From contig CAJWQP010000003.1 of assembly GCA_913045445.1 (NCBI GenBank), positions 6,860-70,859 on the forward strand: DNA of 64,000 bases, written 5' to 3'. A model generated the notes under the pieces. It was not told where the DNA came from. It saw only the letters and a list, made by a program, of their open reading frames with translations, and did not search any database. Made by a program: the position numbers and the translations under genes. Below, in pieces: positions 38,704 to 48,732 of the stretch; the first letter of the stretch is position 1; each line of letters begins with the position of its first letter. This DNA is from an uncultured Nitrospina sp. (GTDB lineage: Bacteria > Nitrospinota > Nitrospinia > Nitrospinales > VA-1).

Positions 38704-39789
38704 ATGGCGTCGGATGATAGAGAAAAAGCGCTGGAATTAGCGTTCACACAAATAGAGAAGCAGTTTGGTAAAGGATCGATCATGAAGCTGGGGAAATCGG
38801 GTTCATTGAAAGGGATTTCCGTTATTTCAACAGGGTCGATCTCACTGGATTCTGCGCTGGGTGTGGGCGGAGTACCACGAGGCAGAATCGTTGAAATATA
38901 TGGTCCGGAAGCTTCGGGAAAAACCAGTCTCACGCTCCATATCATTTCAGAGGCACAAAAATCTGGCGGAGTGGCCGCTTTTATTGATGCGGAACATGCG
39001 CTTGACCCAAAGTACGCGCAAAATCTTGGGGTAAACCTGGATGACCTTCTCCTGTCGCAACCGGACACGGGAGAGCAAACTCTGGAAATTGCCGAAGTTC
39101 TGATCCGTAGCGGAGCCGTGGATGTAATCGTAGTCGACTCGGTCGCGGCTCTCGTCCCTAAGGCGGAACTCGATGGTGACATGGGTGATTCTCACATGGG
39201 CTTACAGGCAAGGCTCATGTCTCAGGCTATGAGAAAACTCGCAGGAGTCGTCAGCAAATCGAAAGCCTGTCTCATTTTCATCAATCAGATTCGTATGAAA
39301 ATTGGCGTGATGTTTGGTAGCCCGGAAACAACTACCGGAGGCAACGCGCTCAAGTTTTATTCTTCTGTACGATTGGACATACGCCGAATCGCCGCCATCA
39401 AAGATGGTGACAGTGTGGTTGGAAACCGCACAAGGGTCAAAGTAGTGAAAAACAAGGTTGCACCGCCGTTCAGAGATTGCGAATTCGATATATTATACGG
39501 TCAAGGCATCTCAAAAGCAGGGGACTTGCTTGATCTCGCCGTGACTCATGACGTAATCGCAAAAAGCGGCACCTGGTTTTCTTACAACGAAACCCGAATG
39601 GGCCAGGGCCGAGCAAACTCGCGAACATTCCTGTTGGAAAATCCTGATATCTACGAAGAAATTGAGATCAGGCTCAGGGAAAAACTGGGGCTGGCTGAGG
39701 AGTCGGGTGACAATGAAGAACCCGTGGGCGAAGAAGCAAAAAAAAGCCCTGAAAAAAAAGGAAAGAAGGGCGCGGCTTCTGCGTCCTAA
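38704..39789 (+). CDS. recA: Recombinase RecA
   Basis: [10 protein letters not shown] Walker [10 protein letters not shown] and [33 protein letters not shown] lies upstream of the ATG. Confidence 0.97.
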   Translation: MASDDREKALELAFTQIEKQFGKGSIMKLGKSGSLKGISVISTGSISLDSALGVGGVPRGRIVEIYGPEASGKTSLTLHIISEAQKSGGVAAFIDAEHALDPKYAQNLGVNLDDLLLSQPDTGEQTLEIAEVLIRSGAVDVIVVDSVAALVPKAELDGDMGDSHMGLQARLMSQAMRKLAGVVSKSKACLIFINQIRMKIGVMFGSPETTTGGNALKFYSSVRLDIRRIAAIKDGDSVVGNRTRVKVVKNKVAPPFRDCEFDILYGQGISKAGDLLDLAVTHDVIAKSGTWFSYNETRMGQGRANSRTFLLENPDIYEEIEIRLREKLGLAEESGDNEEPVGEEAKKSPEKKGKKGAASAS

Positions 39790-39804
39790 AATAGCGAACA
39801 CCCT

Positions 39805-40365
39805 ATGCTCGATAAGGAAGAATCAAAAAAAGCTCGCAAAAGTGCAATTCGATACCTGGTGTACAGGGATCGCAGCCGAAACGAAATTGTCCGCCACTTG
39901 AAGGAAAAAGGTTTCTCCGAGAATTCTACGGATGAAACCATCGCCTTTCTGGAAGACAATGATTACATCAATGACCCTCGTTTTGCCATGCAATTTGGGA
40001 GGTCCCGCATCAAAAATAAAAAACTGGGGAGGCTAAGGCTGGAGCGAGAGCTGAGGGACAAGGGTCTTGAAGCTTCGATCATTGAGCAAACACTGAATAC
40101 TCTCTATGAAGAATACGATGAGAGTAAACTCGCAATGGCCTGCGCCAAGAAGAAACTTGAGTCCTCCTCATCAAGCGACATCGAAAAACAGCGCGGTCAA
40201 CTGGCCCGGTTTCTCGATCGAAAGGGATTCCACTCTAGCATTGTCTACCAATTGGTCACTCGCCTGGTCCCCCACGTTACACGCAACGATTTAGATCCTT
40301 CTCCCCCCCCCCCGCCAACTAAAATCAAACATCACCAAACTGTGACCTCCTGCGATCAGGATTGA
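39805..40365 (+). CDS. recX: Regulatory protein RecX
   Basis: Position immediately after recA and RecX-like helical repeats (YLVYRDRSRNEIVRHLKEKGF...). It has an unusual proline-rich tail. Confidence 0.85.
   Translation: MLDKEESKKARKSAIRYLVYRDRSRNEIVRHLKEKGFSENSTDETIAFLEDNDYINDPRFAMQFGRSRIKNKKLGRLRLERELRDKGLEASIIEQTLNTLYEEYDESKLAMACAKKKLESSSSSDIEKQRGQLARFLDRKGFHSSIVYQLVTRLVPHVTRNDLDPSPPPPPTKIKHHQTVTSCDQD
40303..40313. repeat. Homopolymeric C11 tract
   Basis: Eleven consecutive C counted in the sequence. They encode the PPPP stretch in the recX tail, 59 nt upstream of the pilD start. Confidence 0.9.
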
Positions 40366-40371
40366 TAAGGG

Positions 40372-41166
40372 ATGAATATCTTAGCGACCATTCCTTTTCC
40401 ATTACAAGTTGCTACTGTTCTGTTCCTCGGCCTGATGTACGGAAGTTTCGCCAATGTATGTATCCACCGGCTCCCGAAAAAGGAGTCGGTCGTTTCACCA
40501 CGTTCCCATTGCCCCTCGTGCAACACTCAGATTGCCGCGTGGGACAACATTCCCGTTTTCAGTTATCTTCTGCTCAAAGGAAAATGCAGGCAATGCGCCA
40601 CCTCAATCTCCATCATTTACCCAATCATCGAGGCGGTAACAGCTCTTTTGATACTTGCTGGATTCATTAAATTTGGCGTATCATGGAAATTCGTTATCTT
40701 TTGTTTTGTCGGCCCGGCTCTTGTAATCATCACCGCAATCGATATCGAACACAAGGTCATCCCGGATATTATCACTCTTCCTGGAACTATTTTCGGGCTG
40801 GTGGCAGGAAGCTATCTGGTAGGGTTTAAAGATTCAGCGTTCGGTCTGTTTGTGGGAGGCGGTACGTTTTTGCTTATTTCGGAAATTTATTACCGGATTC
40901 GGGGCAATGTCGGGATGGGTGGAGGAGATATCAAGTTTATCGCCGCCGCCGGAGCGTTACTCGGTTGGCAACAAGTTTTTCTGATCATCTTTCTGAGCGC
41001 TTTTATGGGATCGGTGGTCGGAGTGGCCGGACTGGCGAAAAAAAGATTGAGCGCCCTGAGTCAGATCCCTTTCGGACCTTTCCTGGCGGGGGGAACACTG
41101 GTGGCGTACTTTTCTGGAGAACGCCTCATTCATATGTATATCATGTCAGTAACAGGAGGCTATTGA
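40372..41166 (+). CDS. pilD: Prepilin peptidase (A24 family)
   Basis: N-terminal CPSC...CRQC zinc motif followed by a polytopic A24 body with GMGGGDIKF. Confidence 0.88.
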   Translation: MNILATIPFPLQVATVLFLGLMYGSFANVCIHRLPKKESVVSPRSHCPSCNTQIAAWDNIPVFSYLLLKGKCRQCATSISIIYPIIEAVTALLILAGFIKFGVSWKFVIFCFVGPALVIITAIDIEHKVIPDIITLPGTIFGLVAGSYLVGFKDSAFGLFVGGGTFLLISEIYYRIRGNVGMGGGDIKFIAAAGALLGWQQVFLIIFLSAFMGSVVGVAGLAKKRLSALSQIPFGPFLAGGTLVAYFSGERLIHMYIMSVTGGY

Positions 41167-41248
41167 ATTTCACCTGCAGGAATGGTGAAATAACACCAAA
41201 GGTATATTCAAAACTCCACATCATAAACGTTCAACGGGAATTCATATT

Positions 41249-41791
41249 ATGGAAGAAAAGGAAGACAACGAGCCGCAAGCTGGGAACAAAGAATCCAATG
41301 TCGAAGATTCTTCCAATGACAAAATCCAGTCGTTGATCCAAAAAATAAATAACTTATCCGCCGAGTTGGAAGTGGCGAAGAAAAATGTCCTGAAAAATAA
41401 AAATGAACACGCCACTTTGAAAGTTCTGTTTTATACGGGACTGGTGGTTTTGCTGGCTGGTTTTATCTATTCGAATTACGTTCTTCAACGTGCTCATATG
41501 AGAAGTATGGAAAGAAACATCATTTCCGCAGAACAGCGCGTGTCGCTGGAAATGAACAGCATCAAAATGGAATTCGAAAAGGAAGTCAAGGGTTTGCACA
41601 AACAGTTGAAATCCGTTTACGGGACAGATATTTTTACGACTCTAGACCGTATGGATTTAGCGATTTCACAAATTCACCCGAAGAAAGAACAAACCGCCAT
41701 GCTCATCAACCGAGTCCGCTTGCATGCTGATGAGTTTAGCCGGGCGTTGAAGGATCAGGCAAATCGCTCAAAAATAAAAACAACTCCTTAA
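41249..41791 (+). CDS. Hypothetical coiled-coil membrane-anchored protein
   Basis: 180 aa with one central hydrophobic helix (VLFYTGLVVLLAGFIY) flanked by charged helical sequence. Confidence 0.5.
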   Translation: MEEKEDNEPQAGNKESNVEDSSNDKIQSLIQKINNLSAELEVAKKNVLKNKNEHATLKVLFYTGLVVLLAGFIYSNYVLQRAHMRSMERNIISAEQRVSLEMNSIKMEFEKEVKGLHKQLKSVYGTDIFTTLDRMDLAISQIHPKKEQTAMLINRVRLHADEFSRALKDQANRSKIKTTP

Positions 41792-41936
41792 AAAAATAAA
41801 CAGTTATAAGAAATCCACCCACTTCGTGGGGCCGTGTAAAACCTGGAAAGACAAACTAAAAGAAAACATTGAACAACTCACCGAATAACTGCGCGAAAGC
41901 ACGGTCGTTACCTGAGTTCAAGTAGTTTGACAGAGC

Positions 41937-42881
41937 TTAATTCACTGCGAAGATATGATCAATTTCTTCTTTATGCTTTGAGTCCAACTGCCAACCGAGA
42001 GCTTCAGTGTTTTCTTCCATCTGCTTCTCATTCTTGACCCCCAAAAGCGCAGTGGTCAAATGCGGTTGTGAGACGATCCAATTGATCGCCATTTGCGCAC
42101 AAGTTTTTCCCATGGACTCACCTATCGCTTTAAGCCGTGCCACTTTCTCCATATTTTTCTCAAATTGCGGTCCCGAAAAACACCCGATAATTCCTTTACC
42201 ACGCCAGTCCTCGAACTTCGCATCTTTGTCGTACTTGCCAGTGAGCAACCCTGATGCAAGCGGACTGTAGGCAATAATCCCTATCTGGTTTTCTTTGCAA
42301 TAGAGGACAATGTCTTTTTCAATAGACCTATTGAGCAAACTGTAATCGGGTTGCAGGGAAACTATCTTTCCGGATTTCATGATATCTTTCATCTGCTCAG
42401 TGGAGTAATTGCTCACCCCGATGGCCTTTATCTTTCCCTGCCTTTGAATTTCCAGCAAGGTTTCCATGGTCTCATCTTGTGATGTTTCAACATCGGGCCA
42501 GTGAACCTGATAAAGATCTATATAGTCTGTATCGAGACGTTTTAAGCTCTGATCGATTTCTTCCAGAATAGATTTTCGGGTCGCGTTTTTTGTAATAGCA
42601 CCCAATGATTTTTTCTCCCAACGCAAACCACACTTGGTCGCGTATATCACTTTATCCCGAACGGGCTTCAATGTCTTTCCTATCAGCTCTTCAGAGTGAC
42701 CGAATCCATAAACCGGGGCCGTATCAAAAAAGTTAATTCCCAACTCATAGGATTTCATAATAGCCCGCATTGAGCGGGTATGTCCTTCGTTGGACCAGAA
42801 AGGCGCTCCACCAATACCCCATGCACCAAACCCGATAACCGAAACCTTCAGGCCGCTGTCACCCAGCACTCTATATTCCAT
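41937..42881 (-). CDS. Aldo/keto reductase
   Basis: GFGAWGIGG, FFDTAPVYG and IDLYQVHWPD motifs. Confidence 0.88.
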   Translation of the reverse strand: MEYRVLGDSGLKVSVIGFGAWGIGGAPFWSNEGHTRSMRAIMKSYELGINFFDTAPVYGFGHSEELIGKTLKPVRDKVIYATKCGLRWEKKSLGAITKNATRKSILEEIDQSLKRLDTDYIDLYQVHWPDVETSQDETMETLLEIQRQGKIKAIGVSNYSTEQMKDIMKSGKIVSLQPDYSLLNRSIEKDIVLYCKENQIGIIAYSPLASGLLTGKYDKDAKFEDWRGKGIIGCFSGPQFEKNMEKVARLKAIGESMGKTCAQMAINWIVSQPHLTTALLGVKNEKQMEENTEALGWQLDSKHKEEIDHIFAVN

Positions 42882-43004
42882 AACTCACCTTTCACAAATA
42901 TGCGAAACTCTGCATGATCGGTTGACAATTGCTTCCGTGAAAAATACCATGAACGATACAGTTTTTATAGATCAAATCCCTCTCTACTCCACATTCTGGT
43001 ATTT

Positions 43005-44729
43005 ATGAAATCACTTTTACGCGTTCTCGGTTATCTCAAACCCTATAAAAAAGGCGCTCTACTCACTCTCGGCTTCGCGATACTGACCACTCTGCTTGAT
43101 CTTGTCCCGCCCTGGCTGATTAAAGTAATTGTCGATCGACTGGTTGACGACAATGGAACGAGCTTGGTCTATTGGGCGGTGGCAGGACTGATCGGTGTTT
43201 ATTTCGCCCGCAATTTATTCAACCACAAGCGAATTATGCTCAACAACCGGGTAGAGCAAAACGTGGTTTTTGATATGCGCTCAGAGGTGTACAAGGCTTT
43301 GCATCGGTTATCAATCAATTTCTTTGAAAACCGGTCCACCGGCGAACTCATGTCACGAGTCAATGACGATGTGAATTATGTTGAGCGAATATTTATTGAT
43401 GGCGTCGAACAAGTTGTCACCGCGACTTTAACTCTGGTCGGTATCACTGTAATCCTCTTCTATCTACACTGGCAACTGGCCCTGGCCGCCCTGCTCCCGA
43501 TTCCCCTTCTTATTTGGGGAGCCTGTGTATACACAGGAAAAGCTCACAGCCTGTATCACACGGTGCGAAAGCGTGCCGCTAAAATGAATGCCCGACTTCA
43601 GGATTCTCTTTCGGGTATTCGCGAGACATTTGCCTTTAATCGGGAACTACATGAGATATCCCGTTTCGAAAAGAAAAGCAGGGATTACTGCGACGGCACA
43701 TTGGATGTCATGCGGCTGTGGGCTATTTATTCTCCAACCATGATGTTCCTCGGTTCGCTGGGGACCGCATTTATTTTGCTGTACGGAATCGGACTGGTAC
43801 GTGCTGATGAAATAACCATCGGGGCTTTAGTCGCATTTATCGGCTACTTGGCATTGTTTTATACGCCGATTAATCAACTTCATTCTGTCAACCACATGCT
43901 TCAACACGCGCTGGCTTCCGGAGAACGTTTGTTCGAAATCATCGACCGCGAACCCGATGTTAAAGAAATCCCAAACGCTATATTACCTGGCACTAACATG
44001 CGAGGCGAAATCGAATTCCAGGGAGTGAGCTTCGCTTATGTGAAGGGCAAGCCCGCCTTAGATAACCTTTCATTCAAAATTCAACCGGGGGAAAAGATAG
44101 CGCTTGTAGGGCATACAGGGAGCGGCAAATCTACTCTGATGAAACTTTTGCTCCGCTTTTATGATATCGACTCCGGTCGAATAAGCATAGACGGTCTCAG
44201 TGTAAGCGATCTCAAAATATCCTATCTGCGTGAACAAATAGGGATGGTTTCCCAGGACCCCTTCCTGTTCAATGGTACCGTCGCCGAAAATATTCTTTAC
44301 GGAAATGTAGAAGCCAGCCCGGAGGAGATGGGAAAAGCGGCACTGGCGGCACACGCCGATGACTTCATAACAAAGCTTCCAAATGGATATGACACTTTGG
44401 TGGGAGAACGCGGAGTAAAACTATCCGGCGGAGAAAAACACCGTATTGCTATCGCTCGTACTTTTTTGAAAAACCCGCCAATACTTATCCTTGACGAGGC
44501 GACCGCTTCGGTCGACACCGAAACGGAAACAAAAATTAAAGATGCCCTGATACACCTGATGGCAGGACGCACAACCATTGTGATAGCACACCGCCTGTCA
44601 ACACTGGAAGGAGCCAACCGCATTCTGGTGATGAAGTCTGGCAAGCTGGTAGATTCTGGAACGCACGACACAATGATCAACGCAGAAACAGAATATGCCC
44701 AACTCTTCCGCAGTCAAATGCATTTATGA
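43005..44729 (+). CDS. ABC exporter, fused permease/ATPase (MsbA/ABCB type)
   Basis: Six-TM N-terminal half. GHTGSGKST Walker A, LSGGEKHRIAIAR signature and ILILDEATAS Walker B. Confidence 0.9.
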   Translation: MKSLLRVLGYLKPYKKGALLTLGFAILTTLLDLVPPWLIKVIVDRLVDDNGTSLVYWAVAGLIGVYFARNLFNHKRIMLNNRVEQNVVFDMRSEVYKALHRLSINFFENRSTGELMSRVNDDVNYVERIFIDGVEQVVTATLTLVGITVILFYLHWQLALAALLPIPLLIWGACVYTGKAHSLYHTVRKRAAKMNARLQDSLSGIRETFAFNRELHEISRFEKKSRDYCDGTLDVMRLWAIYSPTMMFLGSLGTAFILLYGIGLVRADEITIGALVAFIGYLALFYTPINQLHSVNHMLQHALASGERLFEIIDREPDVKEIPNAILPGTNMRGEIEFQGVSFAYVKGKPALDNLSFKIQPGEKIALVGHTGSGKSTLMKLLLRFYDIDSGRISIDGLSVSDLKISYLREQIGMVSQDPFLFNGTVAENILYGNVEASPEEMGKAALAAHADDFITKLPNGYDTLVGERGVKLSGGEKHRIAIARTFLKNPPILILDEATASVDTETETKIKDALIHLMAGRTTIVIAHRLSTLEGANRILVMKSGKLVDSGTHDTMINAETEYAQLFRSQMHL

Positions 44730-44745
44730 TTGGAGGAAACTTCAA

Positions 44746-45717
44746 TCAGGTAGTGATCTCGAAACCAATCTCGCCTAATTTCCTGAATTTTTCATGGCGT
44801 TTTTCAATCAGTTTTTCAGGCGCGAGGTGAGAAACAAGATGCAGGTTTTTACGCAATGCTTTCTTAAGCAAGATGGCAACGCGCTTGTGGTGTCGGTGTG
44901 CTCCACCCAGAGGTTCCCGGACAATCTCATCAACTATGCCAAGCCTCAAAAGATCTGGAGCTGTCAGGTTCAACGCATCCGCCGCCTGAACAACCTTGTC
45001 CTTATCACCCCATAAAATAGAGGCGCAACCTTCGGGCGATATCACAGAGTAGACCGAATGTTCGAGGATCAAAATTCGATCGCCTACACCGACGGCAAGG
45101 GCACCCCCGGAGCCACCTTCGCCAATCACCGTCACGATGATGGGCACATCTATCTCTATCATTTCGAACAGGTTTTTCGCAATGGCCTCTGACTGCCCCT
45201 TCTCTTCAGCATCGATTCCTGGATAGGCACCGGGCGTATCAATCAGGTTGATAATGGGAATCCTGAATTTCTGCGCCAGCTTCATCAGGCGCAAGGCTTT
45301 GCGATATCCTGCGGGTTGGGACATGCCAAAGTTACGGCGTATTTTTTCCTGGGTCTCCCGCCCTTTCTGATGCCCAATAACGAGAACTGACTGCTCATCG
45401 AACTTGGCTAAACCACCGACAATTGAGGGACCATAGCCGCCATGTCTATCTCCATGAAGCTCAATGAAGTCGGTAAACATATACTTGATATAATCAAGCG
45501 TGTAAGGTCGATCCGGGTGCCGAGCCACCTGCGTCTTCTGCCAGCCAGTGAGATTCGAATAAACGTCGTGCTTCATGCGCCGGACTTTTTTATGGAGGCC
45601 GACTATCTCATGGGTGATGTCACCCACACTATCGTACATATGTGAAAGAGAAACCAATTCGCGTATCTGGTTCTCCAGCGCGAATATTTCCCTTTCAAAC
45701 TCCAGAATTTGAACCAT
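44746..45717 (-). CDS. accA: Acetyl-CoA carboxylase carboxyltransferase alpha subunit
   Basis: ARHPDRPYTLDY, FGMSQPAGYRKALRLM and IDTPGAYPG motifs. Confidence 0.93.
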   Translation of the reverse strand: MVQILEFEREIFALENQIRELVSLSHMYDSVGDITHEIVGLHKKVRRMKHDVYSNLTGWQKTQVARHPDRPYTLDYIKYMFTDFIELHGDRHGGYGPSIVGGLAKFDEQSVLVIGHQKGRETQEKIRRNFGMSQPAGYRKALRLMKLAQKFRIPIINLIDTPGAYPGIDAEEKGQSEAIAKNLFEMIEIDVPIIVTVIGEGGSGGALAVGVGDRILILEHSVYSVISPEGCASILWGDKDKVVQAADALNLTAPDLLRLGIVDEIVREPLGGAHRHHKRVAILLKKALRKNLHLVSHLAPEKLIEKRHEKFRKLGEIGFEITT

Positions 45718-45794
45718 GTTAAAAACCTATCTCAAAAGAAACGATACTTTAGTAATTTTCAAGAGCATCCTATCACAAAAATCAGAATTTTCTG

Positions 45795-46862
45795 TCAATA
45801 GAACCCAAAAACAGGATGCGTGAGGTTCTTTAAAACTAGTGATTCTTTTATTGCTTTAGCCCCATCAATGCCTACGCGATTCTGGCCCAGCCTTAAAGAT
45901 TCGAGGTTGGATAGATTGGATGAATTTGCTATGGCACGGGCACCCTCATCGCCGATAGAATTGAAATTCAAATTCAGCTTTTTTAATTGGCTAAGAATCC
46001 GGGAATCCGCCAACGCATCAGCTCCCAGGTCGGTGATCATATTATTGGAAAGGTTGAGCGCTCGCAATCCCTTCAACTTATCCGAACTGGCGATAGAAAT
46101 GACAGAACGATCCGTCAAGTTACTCTCACTGAGATCCAGAGCCTCCAGTTTTATAACATGAGCAAACTCCAAGAGCGCCTCGACTTCCAGATCTCCATTT
46201 ATCAGATCGCCCACCTCGTCCATACGTCCTTTTTCATACAGTTTCCTGATATCGTGCCTGATCTTGAATTTCTGCAGTGCCTTATTCCCTTTTTTATCCA
46301 ATCGATTGTATGCCAGCCCGATTTTTTTTAGTCGTTCCAAACGGGAGGACTCTACCAGACTAACCGCTCCCTCATCGCCAACCTCGTTAAAGTTCAGATT
46401 AACCTCCAGCAAATTGGACAAAATGCCGGACTTCGCAATGGCTCTGGCTCCATCATCTGTTATCTTATTTCTATACAGGTTCAGGATACGCAGGTTTTTA
46501 AATGTTTCAGATGAAGCAATAATTTTTGCGCCCTGATCTGTGATATGGTTATTTTCCAGATAAATCGCCGTCAACTGCGTCAGGTTTTTTGAATCCGCCA
46601 AAGCACGCACTCCTTCATCCCCAACATTCCCTTTATAAATGATGAGCGTTTCTACATTTTTCAATAACGGTGACTCAGCGAGAACTTTCGCTCCTTTATC
46701 CCCTATCATTTTCTCATTCAGTCTGAGGATACGATCATTCCGCTTGAGCTTTCGCGCAATATATTTTTCCAGTTGATCGCCTGTCATTGGAGCGGTCGAG
46801 GCCGCGACAAGACTTATATAAAAAAAAGGTAGCCACAGGGCCACCCATCTATTAACTAACAT
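45795..46862 (-). CDS. Exported leucine-rich repeat protein (ribonuclease-inhibitor-type LRR)
   Basis: Signal peptide. About ten repeats of roughly 28 aa of the form L..L.L..N.IGDEGA.A(L/I)A.S. Confidence 0.75.
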   Translation of the reverse strand: MLVNRWVALWLPFFYISLVAASTAPMTGDQLEKYIARKLKRNDRILRLNEKMIGDKGAKVLAESPLLKNVETLIIYKGNVGDEGVRALADSKNLTQLTAIYLENNHITDQGAKIIASSETFKNLRILNLYRNKITDDGARAIAKSGILSNLLEVNLNFNEVGDEGAVSLVESSRLERLKKIGLAYNRLDKKGNKALQKFKIRHDIRKLYEKGRMDEVGDLINGDLEVEALLEFAHVIKLEALDLSESNLTDRSVISIASSDKLKGLRALNLSNNMITDLGADALADSRILSQLKKLNLNFNSIGDEGARAIANSSNLSNLESLRLGQNRVGIDGAKAIKESLVLKNLTHPVFGFY

Positions 46863-46914
46863 AAAAATCCATTCATCGTTAATTCAGAATAAAGCTACAA
46901 CCCGCGACTCTATA

Positions 46915-47958
46915 CTACTCCTCGCCCTTCTTTTTTTCAATGTCGCTCAGACGGCTTTCAAGATTACGTATTTTACGGACCAGATCGGGAAGTTTGGGCA
47001 AAACCGTGACGCTCCGCTTCCAGACATTCAAGGGAACGGCTGGGCCGCCCCCATAAACACTGTGACCTTTAAGATCGCTAAAAACAGCAGACCTTGCAAC
47101 AACGGTCACCTGATCGCCTATTTTAACATGATCGGAAACACCCACCTGCCCTGCCAGAATAACATGATGCCCAAGCTCGCAACTTCCCGCAATTCCCGCT
47201 TGCGCAACCAGAATACTATGCTCGCCGATGGTGCAATTATGTGCCACCTGCACCAGGTTATCGATTTTCGTTCCTTCCTTGACCAGAGTCGTTCCCATAG
47301 CCGCACTATCTATACATGAATTGGCACCCACTTCCACATTATCCTCAATCACAACATTTCCAATCTGGTTAACCTTGACATGCCTTCCTTGTTCATCAAT
47401 GGTATAGCCGAAACCATCAGCCCCCACCACCACTCCGGCATGAAGAGTAACCTGATTGCCGATAATTGAGTTGCGGTACAGTGTCACGTTGGAGTGAATC
47501 ACCGTATTTTTCCCAAGCGTACAATCGTCGCTAATCACCGATCCTGAGTGAATCACCGTATCATCACCAATCTCAACATTGTTTCCCACGCACACCAGCG
47601 GAGACAAAGTGACCCTCTTTCCCAGCACCACATTTTCTCCAAGAATAACCGAGGAATGAATTCCCGGCTGGGGTCTCGCTTGAGGATGAAAATGATCCAG
47701 CAGACGAGCAAACGCCAGCATAGGTCCCGGTGTGATGACCTGACTCATATCCACCTCCTGCTCACTAGTCACCAGAACAGCAGAAGCTCTTGACTGCTTA
47801 AGTTTGTTGAGGAATTTTTTACCTGTTAAAAAGGTGAGATGTCCTTTTTCGGCAGCTTCAATACTCCGCACATCGGTGATTTCTATTGAAGCGTCCCCGA
47901 TCACCTTTCCGCCGACCTTTTCTGCGATATCACCCAGGTTCATAATTTTGCCTTTCAA
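46915..47958 (-). CDS. lpxD: UDP-3-O-acylglucosamine N-acyltransferase
   Basis: N-terminal LpxD domain (LGDIAEKVGG...) followed by a long hexapeptide-repeat left-handed beta-helix. Confidence 0.9.
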   Translation of the reverse strand: MKGKIMNLGDIAEKVGGKVIGDASIEITDVRSIEAAEKGHLTFLTGKKFLNKLKQSRASAVLVTSEQEVDMSQVITPGPMLAFARLLDHFHPQARPQPGIHSSVILGENVVLGKRVTLSPLVCVGNNVEIGDDTVIHSGSVISDDCTLGKNTVIHSNVTLYRNSIIGNQVTLHAGVVVGADGFGYTIDEQGRHVKVNQIGNVVIEDNVEVGANSCIDSAAMGTTLVKEGTKIDNLVQVAHNCTIGEHSILVAQAGIAGSCELGHHVILAGQVGVSDHVKIGDQVTVVARSAVFSDLKGHSVYGGGPAVPLNVWKRSVTVLPKLPDLVRKIRNLESRLSDIEKKKGEE

Positions 47959-48006
47959 AATATTTCGTTAACTTTCGTTTCCTACCTGGCAGGAATATCT
48001 TATCTG

Positions 48007-48732
48007 TCAAATGATAAGACTCTTTTCTACCGGATTGATCAATCCACCCGAGAGTTCCATGACTCGGTCCATTTTCGATGCAATTCGCTGGCTGTGCGTC
48101 ACAACCACAACTGTTTGTCCCAGTTCACTATTGAGCGACTGGATCAGTTCTATCAAAGAGTCACTGGCCTTATTGTCCAGGTTTCCTGTCGGTTCATCCG
48201 CTAGCAAAAGGCCTGGCTTATTGATAAGCCCTCTCGCCAGGGCAACACGCTGGCTTTCGCCCCCTGAAAGCTCGCCCGGTTTATGTTGCAGACGATCCTT
48301 GAGTCCCATCTGAACCAAAAGCTGTTCCGCCAGTTCACGAGCCTCTTTTTCCTCAACTCTTCCGATCAGCGCGGGAAACATCGCGTTTTCCAGCGCAGTG
48401 AAGTCTGACAATAAATTGAAAAACTGGAACACGAAACCGACTCTCTGGTTACGGAAATTTTCCAGATATCCGTTTCCTTTGACGCAAATATCTTCGCCTT
48501 GAAACAATACTTTCCCGGACTCTGGTCGGTCCAGTCCACCCAGAACATGCAGTAAAGTGCTTTTCCCAACGCCCGAGGCTCCTATAATGCCAAGCATCTC
48601 ACCGGCCTTCAATTTAAGGTGGGTTCCCGAGAGTACATTAAGAACCTGCTTTGACGTCTTGTAGCTTTTGTGCAAATTCACCGCCTCGAGCAAACAAGGT
48701 GCCGTCAATCCCTGTGAGTTGGAATCATTCAT
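48007..48732 (-). CDS. lolD: Lipoprotein-releasing ABC transporter ATP-binding protein
   Basis: GASGVGKSTLL, LSGGESQRVALARGL and LLLADEPTGNLD. I chose ATG 48732, which overlaps the lolC/E stop by 8 nt (ATGAATGA). The tracked start at 48795 looks overextended. Confidence 0.88.
   Translation of the reverse strand: MNDSNSQGLTAPCLLEAVNLHKSYKTSKQVLNVLSGTHLKLKAGEMLGIIGASGVGKSTLLHVLGGLDRPESGKVLFQGEDICVKGNGYLENFRNQRVGFVFQFFNLLSDFTALENAMFPALIGRVEEKEARELAEQLLVQMGLKDRLQHKPGELSGGESQRVALARGLINKPGLLLADEPTGNLDNKASDSLIELIQSLNSELGQTVVVVTHSQRIASKMDRVMELSGGLINPVEKSLII

Noticed and set aside
38508-39182. 224-aa minus-strand ORF overlapping the recA 5' half
   Set aside because: It is antisense to recA. Its sequence is a Ser/Pro/Ala-rich mirror of a highly conserved gene. 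No independent support.
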